Positions 34,470 to 45,509 of a stretch of DNA of 64,000 nucleotides are shown piece by piece. Made by a program: the position numbers and the translations under genes. The notes beneath the pieces are model-generated. The model searched no databases, had not been told where the DNA came from, and worked only from the letters and a program-made list of their open reading frames with translations. Every line of letters starts with the position of its first letter. Within the stretch, counting starts at the first letter, position 1. This stretch comes from Fimicolochytrium jonesii (taxonomy: Eukaryota): positions 62,001-126,000 of the forward strand of contig NW_026515668.1 in NCBI RefSeq assembly GCF_025526975.1, read 5' to 3'.

Positions 34470-35777
34470 ATGAAACATCCACTTCTCGCCGCCCTCCCCT
34501 TCCTATTCACCACCCCATCCGCCCTCGCCCAAATCGACACACCCCTCGGCCCCTTCCACCTCACCACCCTCGGCGCAACGCTCCTCAACCGCTTCGTCCC
34601 CGAGCTATGGACCGACCTGGGCCTGTTTCGGCACACGGTCAAGAATGTCGGGCAGAGGGCGTGTGTTCGTCTCACCGATGGAGACGACGCAGGGAAGGCG
34701 TTTGGGGCCGCATATCCCGTGAATGTAGAAGACATCGCCATGGACCGGGTGGGAAAGATCGCATTCATGGGCTCCGACCCCGTCCGCCGGAAAGCTGACG
34801 GGTCGCGCGGGTGGATGCCCGGTAGTGGGTTTCTGGACGCGGAGTTTGGGAGTAGCGCCGAGGGGGCTGTTTGGGCGTACCATTACGGGAAAAGTGAGGG
34901 TGGGATGACAAAGCTGGAGATCGAGCCCCCGTTGCCGAGTTTCCACCCGCATGGGATGGCGAGTCTGAGACTGGAGAACGGGACCGTGCGGCTCTTTGTG
35001 GTGAATCATAGGGCGGAGGTGCCGTATAACAAGACGGCGCTGTACTCGGTCGTCGAAGTGCTCGATTATACCCCCACCACCTCCTCTTTGGATGAACCAC
35101 AAGAACGACACACGAAACTCAACCACATCACAACCATCCAACACCCCCACATCTACACCCCAAACAACCTCTCCCCCATCTCCCCGACCGCCTTCTACGT
35201 CTCGAACGACCACGCCGCCCGCTCCGGCACCCTCCGCACCCTCGAGGAGTTCGCGCAGTACCCCTCCGCGTGGCTCACCTACTGCGACTTCACCCGGTCC
35301 GTGGACTGTTCGGTGGCGTACACGGGTCTACGCAGCGCCAACGGGGTCGCAACGGACGGGAAGGGGCTGGTGCTGGTGTCGGAGGTCAGCGGGGGGGACG
35401 TGCTCGCGTTCCGGCACCACCCGTCCACAGATAGCCACACACCCCCGCATCTCGAACTCACCACCCGATACAACCTCGACTACGTCCCCGACAACATCGG
35501 ATACGACCCCGTCACGGACACATTCACCCCCGTCGGACACCCCCGCGCGCTCGCGTTCCTCGCCTTTGCGGAGGGCCACGCACCCACCGCCCCGTCGTGG
35601 GCGGACGCCATCACCGCGGATGGGAGCATTAGCAGGGTGTGGAGCGATGACGGCGGGGTGGTGGCGGGGTCGACGGTGTTTGAGGTCGATGTGGAGGAGG
35701 ATGTGGCGTTCGTGAGCGGGGTGTATGATCAGCGCGGGGTGGTTAGGTGTCGCGTGCCGGAGGGGTTTGGGCGGTGA
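34470..35777 (+). CDS. Secreted paraoxonase/arylesterase-like six-bladed beta-propeller
   Basis: Signal peptide followed by PON-family motifs NVEDI, FHPHGM, LFVVNH, PNNL...FYVSNDH, SANGV, PDNI, GHP. Intronless. Confidence 0.88.
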   Translation: MKHPLLAALPFLFTTPSALAQIDTPLGPFHLTTLGATLLNRFVPELWTDLGLFRHTVKNVGQRACVRLTDGDDAGKAFGAAYPVNVEDIAMDRVGKIAFMGSDPVRRKADGSRGWMPGSGFLDAEFGSSAEGAVWAYHYGKSEGGMTKLEIEPPLPSFHPHGMASLRLENGTVRLFVVNHRAEVPYNKTALYSVVEVLDYTPTTSSLDEPQERHTKLNHITTIQHPHIYTPNNLSPISPTAFYVSNDHAARSGTLRTLEEFAQYPSAWLTYCDFTRSVDCSVAYTGLRSANGVATDGKGLVLVSEVSGGDVLAFRHHPSTDSHTPPHLELTTRYNLDYVPDNIGYDPVTDTFTPVGHPRALAFLAFAEGHAPTAPSWADAITADGSISRVWSDDGGVVAGSTVFEVDVEEDVAFVSGVYDQRGVVRCRVPEGFGR

Positions 35778-36435
35778 TGCGGGGGGTTCTGAATTCAGCT
35801 TGATGTAGATTTGGTGTAGGATAGGACTGTTTTTGAGAATCGTAGGATAGCGGTTGGGGGCGGAGATGGAACACATGGATGTTTCGTAGACGAGAAACGT
35901 GCTGTAAATGTACAATCTTGCGTCATTTATACGCGAGTCCCATCGCGAGAAAACGAGAAATGATGTGACAACCGCAACCTCGGGACAATACTCCACCGGA
36001 CAGAGGCTTATGCGTCCCGTTCCATCTAAGAGCGAAAACGGCCGCGCGCCAATAGTCGGAAGCAAATGGGTAGCCCGTCCTCATTCTTGCCAGCATGACA
36101 TGACAAGCAAGCCAGGGATGCGTCTGTGAGCCGCATTTGGTACGCAAAAGCGGGGATGTGGGCCTCCAGATAACTAAATAGCAGATTCCCGGCGTATCCC
36201 ATCTCATATAAGGCATGCAAAAAAGTATGTGTGAAACAATGTTGTGTATGTAATATATACATAGATAAAAATAAAAGGGGATCGAAGGGTGAACTGAAGC
36301 AAGCGGGTTGGTGGGGTGTTTTCTATGCGGGTTGTGTGTGGAAAATATGTGGAATGTGTGGGGTTGGGATTCTGAAGGTGGATGCGGCGAAAAGGCCGCA
36401 ACAGTATGGGACGTGTAGGACGGTGAGAGGGTTGT

Positions 36436-37625
36436 TTATGCCATGCTGTGGTCGGAAGAGAAAATACGTCAATGAGATGATCGTTTGTTGATAAACGTAT
36501 AGACGTGTCTCAAAACACATACCTGTCAATAAGCGAATCCCTCATCTGATTCACAATATACGTCGGCTGAGCATCCTGCAGCTTGAAGATGCTTTCTATC
36601 ACACTCAGCTCCGTCGACGTCGTATCCAGCCCAGAGAACGCGCTCCAGTCGTTCACCACCAACCCAGCTCCAATCAAGTCCGAACCGCGGTTGACCGTTC
36701 CCGCCACCAACGGAATCTGCAACAGCGACGAGAGCTCGTCCTGGTCCTCCACGGAGGTCTTTGGGTGCACGAGGCCGCCCTGGTTTGAGAGCGCGCAGTA
36801 GGATCCGACGAGGACGTTGCCTGCGATGGTTTGTCGGAAGACTTCGACTTTGAGTGCGTCGGCGATGATTTCTTCCGTCTCGCGGTCGACGTCTGGGTGC
36901 ACTAAGGCGACGTAGTCGTTGCAGGCGATGACGTTGCCGAGGGCGGAGAGACGCTCTTCGACGCGTTGGATGGCGACGGTGTCGGGGAGGGAGTTGCGAA
37001 GGTGCTGCATTTCTTGGTCGGTGGTGGTGTTGGGGAGGAGGAGGCCGTGGCGGTTTCCGGCAGTCAAGCGGCCGATGATACGGGTGCCGCCGATGGAGGT
37101 GTGGACGACGGGGACGACGTCTGCGAGCTCGGATTCGAAGACGCTAAGTGAGAGAGGAGGGAAGGATAGAGATTGAGAAGGTGTCTTGTACGGCTTTGCA
37201 TACGAAAAAGGCTTGTTCGAGAGAATGGGCTGATCTCCTGCAATTCCACGGGGAGCTTCCTCGCCAGCGGGATTCTCCATGGGCTGAACCCTTCTAGTGA
37301 CCTCCGTGCTTTCCATACTCTCAACCATCCTCCCTATATCATCCCCCACTTCCACGTCCATTCCGATCCGCATTCCAACTCTGCCATTCCTCCTTCTCAC
37401 AACTCCAGCGTCCCCTTCCAAAGTTCCCTGCCGTGCGGGCGGAATCCGGATATGTACCTGTAGAAGTTCTCAGAGCCGCCGATAGCGACGAGAGCGTACG
37501 AGTTTGTGAGACGGGAGAAGACCCCAATGTCGTTGCTGTTTTCGAATTGAGCACCTGTTCGAAACCATGCGTGAGTAGGAGCGGACGGTGGGAAGTGGCA
37601 CTCATTTGACCTTACGAGTAGCCAT
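36436..37625 (-). CDS. TIF6: Eukaryotic translation initiation factor 6 (4 exons)
   Basis: [42 protein letters not shown]...[16 protein letters not shown]...[20 protein letters not shown]...AGTVNRGS. Last exon completes DSMA*. Confidence 0.97.
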
Positions 37626-38166
37626 TTTGGGTGAGTTTTCGGGGGGGTTGTTGGGGGAGTAGTTGACGGGGGTTGGGTGGAGGTAAAGAGGAAGGGGGTT
37701 AGGTCGAGTAGGACGACGACTGCCAGTTGCCAGACCGTCTGTCTGTGTGTGTTTTGTGTTTGCTTTTTGAACTTTTGCGAAGGGATTTCTCAACGCGCTG
37801 GTCCACCCACCCTCCCCCTACTGCGAGACTCCTATTGTGGAGCCTCCTCGCAAATCAGATTAGAACCCGCGCGGGCTGCTAAGTAAATCATGTCATGTCC
37901 GTCTTGCTCTCTCTGCATGACTCGTCAGACTGACTGCGCGAATAGATAAATCATCTGTCTGCCACAGGGTCCCACGTGCAGGGGCGGGAGCGCGCAACCC
38001 TAACCCCCCCGGGCGCAACCCAAACGGGCGTTGGCGAAGCGCTCCCGTTGGGACCCGACCGACGACAACAACAATCCTCGTCTTGACCCCCCCCAGAACG
38101 TCGACCTGTCGTTGCGCTATCTCCCCCCCTCCCCATCCTTCCTCATATACCGCACACGCAGCAAAG

Positions 38167-39411
38167 ATGGCAACCCCCGCCACTCGCCAGGCCGTCAAGG
38201 TCGACTGGGCCACTCTCGGCCAGAAGCTCAAGCCGGACACCCTCGCCGCCGTAAACGCTTTCCGCAGAAGGCACATCGAACTCACAAAGACCGTCGCCGA
38301 TCTCAAGGACCACGCTACCGTCATCGACTTCAACCACTACCGCTCGGTGCTGAAGAACTCGAAGGTGGTCGACGACGCTGAAAGGGCTTTCACTAGCTTC
38401 AAACCGGCGACTTACGACCTCAGGGAGCAGATTCGTGCGCTCGACGCCCAGCAGCAGAAGGCGGTATGTATGGACGCAGAGAGGAGGGAGAGATACTTAG
38501 CAGAGCCCGCGGGATACCGAGTGCGGTTGATTCGTACAAGGGAGCCAAAGCGGTGATGGTGATTTCGCGCAAGGGTCGCTGCGAGCTAGGACGAGTGCTG
38601 ACCGCGGCGAGCGAAGCGAGGTGCAGGGATGCTTGAGGCCGACAGCCCTATGGGTGCCCGCGAGGGCGACCAGAGCAAACCCTCCGCGAGGAGTAGTGAG
38701 CCCGAGCGGAGCGAGTTGCCATTGCGCCTTTGGCGCAATGCTTCCCCCACAACGGTTTTTTAGCGAGCATCGCCGAGCGTTGCGCTTTTTGCGAGCGAAG
38801 CGAGCACGCTCCGCCCACCGCAACCCAGCACTCTTGTCGCGAGCGGAGGGAGCAGGTTATCGCTTTCATCCGTCATCTCCGAGATTCCCACCGGAATTGC
38901 CACGCATCTGAGTCCACCAGTCCGAAATTCCCACAAACTCATGATCCCATCTCTCTCTCAATCTTAGGTCGCGGCAGCGCAAAAGACGCAGCAAAAAGTG
39001 AAAGGCGAGGTAGACGAGCTCAAGGTTCTGTTGACCAACATCGAGACGGCCCGCCCCGTCGACCAGCTCACCGTCGACGACGTCGCAAAGGCTTACCCGG
39101 AACTCGACAAGACCGTCGAGAAGATGGTCAAGCGTGGTCAGTGGAAGGTGCCTGGTTACTACGAGAGGTATGTATTCTAGGGATTTCGCTGGGAGTGGAT
39201 TTTGGGAATGTGGGAGGAGATTTGGGTCGGGGTGTGGGGATTTGGGACAATGGGAGGACCAAGAGGAGGGATTGGGGTTTCTGGATGAGGGAGAAGAGGA
39301 GCATATTGCGAAACTCTCACGCCACAATCGACATCGATAAGCACAAACTAACAAAATCCTCCTCCTCCCCTCTTCTCACACAGGTTCGGCGAATTCATCG
39401 TCGGTTTCTAA
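38167..39411 (+). CDS. ATP7: Mitochondrial ATP synthase subunit d (introns 38464-38967 and 39168-39383)
   Basis: VKVDWATLG...NAFRRR...IDFNHYRSVLKN...LTNIETARPVDQLTVDDV...KRGQWKVPGYYERFGE. Confidence 0.93.
38560..38856 (+). repeat. GC-rich multi-hairpin element in ATP7 intron 1 (copy 2, longer)
   Basis: Repeated gcgagcgaagcgag / cgagcggagcgag units and a perfect 9-bp stem cattgcgcc-TTT-ggcgcaatg at 38720-38740. Similar to 3397-3475. Confidence 0.7.
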
Positions 39412-40767
39412 GCTGCGCATTCGCGACTTGGCCTTCGTTTAGACCTAAAATCTCTTGAAACCACCACCCATGGATATACACCCACAACCATTATACAAAA
39501 CTACAGGATATCTACCCAACCTCGCTTGTGCCTATCGCTATTTGTGTGGTCTTCTGTGGGGGATTTGGGAAGATTTGCGGGCCGGTCGGCAGGGAAAAAG
39601 AGACAGGTTCACGGAAAAGAGCGAATTTATCCATTTGGGGCGTCCTGAAAACGCAGAGGGCAAAAATGGTCCAGGCACACGGGAGGTGAAAAAAAGCGAG
39701 CCTCTTCCGTCCGTCCAGCTGGGACTCTGGAAGACAACCGGTTTACCTCCCCGCTACTCCCAAATCCCCTAGGGGCGGTTCCCTTGGTTAGGGGGTTCAG
39801 ACATGGAACTCCCCCCTCGTCCAATTGTAGCAGTCACATAAACATGACTATACACAGTCCGAGACCCACAAATGTATTGACGCCCCCAAAAAACACAGAA
39901 ACGGTACATGCGAGGAACCAAGGACTCCATACATACGCCATTCCAATTTTTTTTTGCCCTCCCGACATCCACAAACGACTCGCCATGAAAACACACCCTG
40001 ACCCTGAACATGGGAGAGATGGCACGCCGGGGGGGATATCCAGTGGGGGATCAATGTATCGGATATGGGGGCGTTGGGGACGGCGGGACTACTAACTGGG
40101 TGCGTGAGATACCGGCGGCGGGTGTGCGGGGGTTGGGGAAGGTAGATAGAATTCGCAAACGGGGTGTATTCTGAGCGGCCATGTAGATCTGCGCAAGCCC
40201 CGTTTTTTTGGCCAAATCCCCCGTGTAGCGAAAGGCCCCCCCCCCTTCCCCCCCCCCCCCCCCGAACGAGTAAGAACATGATGACCACGCCCGGGGATTT
40301 TTGTCGTCGTGAAGACTGGGGGGTTATGCGCGGACCGGATGGCGGGATTTGGCGTGCATGTGGGTGGGGGTGGTGCTGGGATCCCGGTTCTGATCGTTGG
40401 GCCCGCCTGCGTCCCTGCGTCCCATGGGAAGCATGTGTCGAGAGCTGGTTTAGCAAGTCGACGAGGGGCAGGTTTGCAACGTGTCTGAGCGAGGGTGCGT
40501 ACCGCAGGGGGGGGGGGTACGAGGTGAGGGTGGGGTCTGGCTTGGCGTCGTGGGTTGTCGCATCGTCAGGAGTAAGGTGACACTTATCCGCCCCTACATG
40601 CGCTTGGTGCACGCGCCTGCAACGTGCTGGCGGTGAGTCCCGTCCGCGGGTACGGGAATCCGTATTCCAGCCGAATCGGCGGGGAATATCTCCCGATTGC
40701 CCATCTCTACATCCGTGTTGCCACAGTTGCAACTTCGGGACGGGATGCCAGTCTACTGTCCCCCTCC

Positions 40768-42627
40768 TCAAACGGTCGGAACATCCTCCTCCTCCATCTC
40801 AACCTCATCATCCGCAACGACAAACCCCGTCAAATCCCCTTCCTCCTCCTCCCCACTCCCATCTTCCCCATCCCCCACACCTCCCCGTTGTCTCACACCA
40901 GGCGTCGACCGTCCCCATGCAAACCGATACCCCCCGCCTACCCGTCTCCCCAACCCGCCGACCGCCGGCGACAGGAGAGATTTGGCGTAGAACGCTCTCA
41001 GAGACGCGGGTGATTTCCCCACCGATTTGACGGCAGAAGACGGTGTAGACCCTGCCGAGTTGCTGACTACGAAACCGGTCAAGTCTTTGTCCCAGTCTTC
41101 GTTGGGGAGGGGTTGTTCGTCGCCGGAGTCGGAGGAATTGGACCCAGGTGAGAGGGCGGCGGAGAGGTCGAGGAAGGGGTTGGCTGTTGTTGGGGAGGGG
41201 CGTTTGGTGGCGTGGCGGGGGATGAGTTTGCGACGCCGGCGGAGGGGGGTTTTGATTATTGGGGGGGATGGTTTATTTGGTGGTGGTGGTGCTTCTTCGA
41301 CGTCGACAACATGCGCAGGTGACGCGACCCCAACGGCGACGTTATGGTTGATTGGAGGTGTCCCATCTCCACCAGAGGTGGTCGACCCCGAACTCGCAAC
41401 CGAAGGCGAGACGATCTGCTGCGACGTCAGACTTAGATCGTGCTCCACGGCCAGGAGGGCGGATTCGAAGGCGAGGTCGTCGTCGTTGTCGGATTCGATT
41501 TCTGTTATGGTGTCTATGAGTGTTGTTGTTGTTGTTGTTGTTGTTGTGGAGTGAGGGATGGAGGGGTGAGGGCGGGTTTTAAGGGGCGTTTCGGGGATGT
41601 AGTGTGTGAGGTCGAGGTCGATGTCGAGGGGAATGTCGTAGTCCATGTCTGAGTCGGTTGGGTCTGGGTGTGGTGGTGGTGCGAGGGTGGTTGTTGCGTG
41701 GGAGATAGGGGGGAGCGCTGAGATACGACGGGTTGTTGGTGCGGCTGTTGTTTCTTGATATGTGCATCGTTGTGCTGATGTTGATTTCGATGTCCCGCCC
41801 GCACCTCCGTGCATCGCCGGCGGCATATTCTCATTCCCACCACCCTGATTCATGTTCACAGTTCCCGCACCGCCTGGATGCGCATGGCCATTCCCTGCCC
41901 CCTCTCCACCTCCCAGACCTCCACCAACCATCCCCCTCAACACCCCCTCCAACCTAACAGCCGGCTCCACAGCATTCATCTCCGCAACCCCACCCCCCCA
42001 CACCCTACACACCCCCGTATGCAACAACAACACCCCCCTCCTAACCATCCCCCCCTCAACCCCAACTTTCACCCCCAACGGCATATCAACACTCAACCCC
42101 GGAATAAACCCACACTCCATCGCCGTGATGCAGCTGAACCCATCCGTCAAGACCAACCGGAGCATCTTGCGCGGGAGTTTAACGCGTGGTGGCGTTGTTG
42201 CCGGTGGACGATTTCGCATCCCAGGGGTGGGCGGCATCCCCGGCTCGGCTTTTTTGGGTTTTTGGTCGATCACCATCTCCAGCAACGTATGCTTCGATAC
42301 CCCGACCTCCATCACATCCTCCACCTGCAGCACCACCGCCCTATTCCTCCCCCCATCCGCTCCAAGAACAACCCCATGCGCATCCCCGACATTCCCCGGA
42401 ATCACCCTCCGCGTAATAATCCCGCTCTTGAGGTCCGTGAGCAGGATTTGGTTGACGACGTTGTCGAGAAGCTGGGCGTCGGTAGTGATTGGCGCGGGGG
42501 CTGAGGAGCGGAGGTAGGCGACGCATTCGGAGAGCCAGGTTGGGTGGACGTGGAAGCCGCGGGTTGTGAGGAGGGGGAGGAGGCTGGGTGGGATGGGGGG
42601 TGGGGGCTGGGATTGGGTGCACTGCAT
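40768..42627 (-). CDS. RMI1: RMI1 (RecQ-mediated genome instability 1) N-terminal OB domain with a long disordered tail
   Basis: WLSECV...ILLTDL...VVLQVEDVMEVGVS...RKMLRLVLTDG...AMECGFIPGLSVDMPLGVKV...VRRGVLLL...VWGGGV matches RMI1_N. Intronless. Confidence 0.9.
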   Translation of the reverse strand: MQCTQSQPPPPIPPSLLPLLTTRGFHVHPTWLSECVAYLRSSAPAPITTDAQLLDNVVNQILLTDLKSGIITRRVIPGNVGDAHGVVLGADGGRNRAVVLQVEDVMEVGVSKHTLLEMVIDQKPKKAEPGMPPTPGMRNRPPATTPPRVKLPRKMLRLVLTDGFSCITAMECGFIPGLSVDMPLGVKVGVEGGMVRRGVLLLHTGVCRVWGGGVAEMNAVEPAVRLEGVLRGMVGGGLGGGEGAGNGHAHPGGAGTVNMNQGGGNENMPPAMHGGAGGTSKSTSAQRCTYQETTAAPTTRRISALPPISHATTTLAPPPHPDPTDSDMDYDIPLDIDLDLTHYIPETPLKTRPHPSIPHSTTTTTTTTTLIDTITEIESDNDDDLAFESALLAVEHDLSLTSQQIVSPSVASSGSTTSGGDGTPPINHNVAVGVASPAHVVDVEEAPPPPNKPSPPIIKTPLRRRRKLIPRHATKRPSPTTANPFLDLSAALSPGSNSSDSGDEQPLPNEDWDKDLTGFVVSNSAGSTPSSAVKSVGKSPASLRAFYAKSLLSPAVGGLGRRVGGGYRFAWGRSTPGVRQRGGVGDGEDGSGEEEEGDLTGFVVADDEVEMEEEDVPTV

Positions 42628-43001
42628 CTGTGGGGGTGAGGTTGTGTTGCTGTTCTGGGGGTTTGAGAGTCGACAGTAGGAGGGGCTGATGCCTGCTGAG
42701 CGTCTGTCCGATGCCCGCTCGAAAGACGGCGAAGGGAAGGGCGAAAGGGGAAGAGAGTGACGGCACGCGCGCTGTCGAAAAGGGCTCCCACGGCGGGCTT
42801 TTCTCGCCTTCGGACACTCTCGCTGTTCCACCCATCCCTCCTCGGCCTGGTTTCCCTCCGTGCCTTGCATACCTTCCAAGCGATTACATATATAGCGTCA
42901 CTTCTTCCAACCACGGTTTTCATTAGGTGTAAACTACAGTATATCATTCAGCCAAACCATCATCCCAAGCACAATCACACGCCCCAAAATCCTCCAAAAA
43001 A

Positions 43002-45402
43002 ATGCCGCCATCAAAACTCACCCAACAGCAATCCGCATCAGAACTCCTCCGCCTCCGCCGCGCCGAAGAGCTCCTCTCCTACATCGACCGCATGAAAGCG
43101 CAAGAAGCCGCCACCCGCCGCACGCTTCTCGCCGAGCATGTTGCTGTGCAGAAGGCCGCGATTGATCGTAGGTCGACGGTGCTGGAGAAACGCAGGGTCG
43201 CGAGGGAGAGGGAGGAGGCCAGGGCACGGAGGGAGGGTGTTAGGGAGGTGAGTGGGGAGATGTCTCTTCGTGCAAAATCTTGGAAACGAGAATGCGCTCA
43301 TGAGTCCCTTTTGTAACTCACATCACCAACAGCGCCGTCGCTACCTCGAAGCCATCTCTCGCATCCCCGATACCGTAGATGAGTCCCAGCCCGCGCACAC
43401 CACTTCCTCGAATCAGCACCATCCACCCAAAGCACCACCACCCGTCTACACAGGCAGCATCCAATCCATTCCACTGCATCACAACCCCTCCCGCACCGTC
43501 CTTACCGGGCTCCAGACAAGCAGCGCCGACGTATCCCTTCCGCGGCGGTCGATGACGAATCTCATTTCCGAAGACCGACATCTAGACGGTGATGCAGCGG
43601 TTCACCATCGTGCTCCTACCAACCCTCGACGCCTAGCATCCAACGCGAAAAGCCACCCCAGACGTCTCCACACCCGCACCCTGCACAAATCGGCAGCTTA
43701 CCACGCCCAAGCAGCCGACATGCGCATGGTTCGGACAGAGGCGGGGCGGAAAGTACTGCCGCCGCCTAGCCGACAAGGAATACCTGCTGACGAGGTCGGA
43801 AATGTGAGCGGCGACGACGCGAGCCGTCCCATCACAACACCATCCTCCAAACCTTTCACCCCCACAACGCAATCACAGAAACCCAGCACCGCCGACACAG
43901 GCAAACAGATCTGGCGTCGCGTCCAACTCCGCCTCCTCGCCGCCGGCCAGTTCCAATCCCCCACCGCCACCGCCCCTCCCAAAGTCTTCCGCACAGAAGC
44001 CGCCTTCCGCCGCTTCAAAGAAAAATACAACGACCCGAATTTAGACAAAGACATCCCGGATGAAGAGACGGAGAACAGTGAGGAGAAGGCCGGCCCGGCG
44101 GGGACACGGTTGGCGAGCAGGGTGGCGATGTACACGTCTGCGACGAGGAACCGGAAACGAACCGTGGCGTTTGTGCAGAGCCGGGGGACGACGGGGGGCG
44201 GGGTGGTGGGGAATCTGCGGAGCGGGGAGGCGGCGGGGAGGAGCGGGACGCCACCACCTCGGAATGGTGGTGGGAAGGCGAAAGAGCCGACGGCGCTGAT
44301 GTCGGATACTGACCTGGGAGTGTTCGCCCTCCACCTCCGCACCGCACGGACCGACCGCTCCTCCCCACCGCCTAATCTAGACCTCATCGACACGGGCGAG
44401 TCCACCACCATCCCCGCCGACGACACGACAATGGAAGTCGACGCATTCGGCGTCCCCGTCCGTGCAGGTGGCAAACGACGCGGGACGATGATCGCAGTTA
44501 CGCGGCAGGGCGGGGTGGACACGCGGCGGGACAGTGTCAGTGTCGGACGTGGAGGTGGTCGGGGTACACCTGATCTCAACACGGGGATCGCGGAAGTGAT
44601 GTTAGATACCAGCGGGACGGTGTTGACACATGAGGAAGCGCTCTCGGCTGCCGTGGAGCAGATGGGGAAGGGGAGGAGGGGGATGAGTGCTTCACAGCAA
44701 CCAACGCAGGCGAGGCAGTCGGAGTATGGCAAGGAGAGGGGGATGAGTGGGACTGGGGATCGGGGTAGTGGCGCGGGAAGGGAGAGGTTGAGGACTGCGC
44801 CGACGGGGGACAGCGCAGGTGCCAATCTGAATCAGCAGCAGCAGCAGCAGCAGCGTGGGGAGTCGCAGGTGAGAGCTTCCACGGCTCCACCGGGATCGTC
44901 TGCCAAACAAGGCGATTGGCGGGCGGGCACGAAGCCTGCGAGCGGGAATGATCTCGGGGTTGGACTCGCAGAAGAGGATGAGGGTGCCCATGAAGATACC
45001 GTACATGAGACAGAGGAATCCAACACCGGCGACACAGTCCCATACGACCCCACAACCGCCCTCCCCACAACCGCCCTGACCACGCACCCTTCCTCCCCAC
45101 CTCCCCGCCGCCGTCCGCGAGTCTTCAAAACCTGGCAACCCATCTCCTTCAGCGCCGCGGCCGAGACCAAACGGGTGTTGATGCCCAAACGTCTTTTCGA
45201 ACTGCCAGCGTCGTCCTGTGGGGAGGGAGAGTGGACGTCAACGGTGATGAAGGGTGTGACGCCGGTTGTTGTTGATAAGTGGAGGGATGATGATACTAGT
45301 AAGGGAGGGGAGAGGATTGCGGTGCCGAAGGTGATGCGATTTTGGAGTACGGCGCCTGGGGCTGCTGCTGCGGGAGCGCCAGTATCGCATGCACGGAGTT
45401 GA
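43002..45402 (+). CDS. Hypothetical, largely disordered protein (intron ~43248-43332)
   Basis: An N-terminal coiled-coil exon joins a long open frame through GTGAGT...CAG. No family recognised. Confidence 0.7.
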
Positions 45403-45509
45403 TGAGAGTGATAGAACGATGTTTTATGGACTTGGATAGTATGTACATACATGACTCGTAATCTACAAAGCCACATTATATTGAAAGTGATCAACCAGCC
45501 TACAGAAAT

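Noticed and set aside
9136..37625. Co-location of 60S biogenesis genes REI1, CRM1 and TIF6 (and of RPN13, PRE5 and the HECT ligase at 49-64 kb) as functional clusters
   Set aside because: They are separated by many unrelated genes, which is expected by chance in a housekeeping-rich region.
39848..40771. 307-aa minus-strand ORF downstream of RMI1
   Set aside because: It runs through homopolymer tracts and low-complexity intergenic DNA, with no protein-like features.
41521..41546. (GTT)n microsatellite
   Set aside because: It simply encodes a poly-Thr run in the disordered RMI1 linker.
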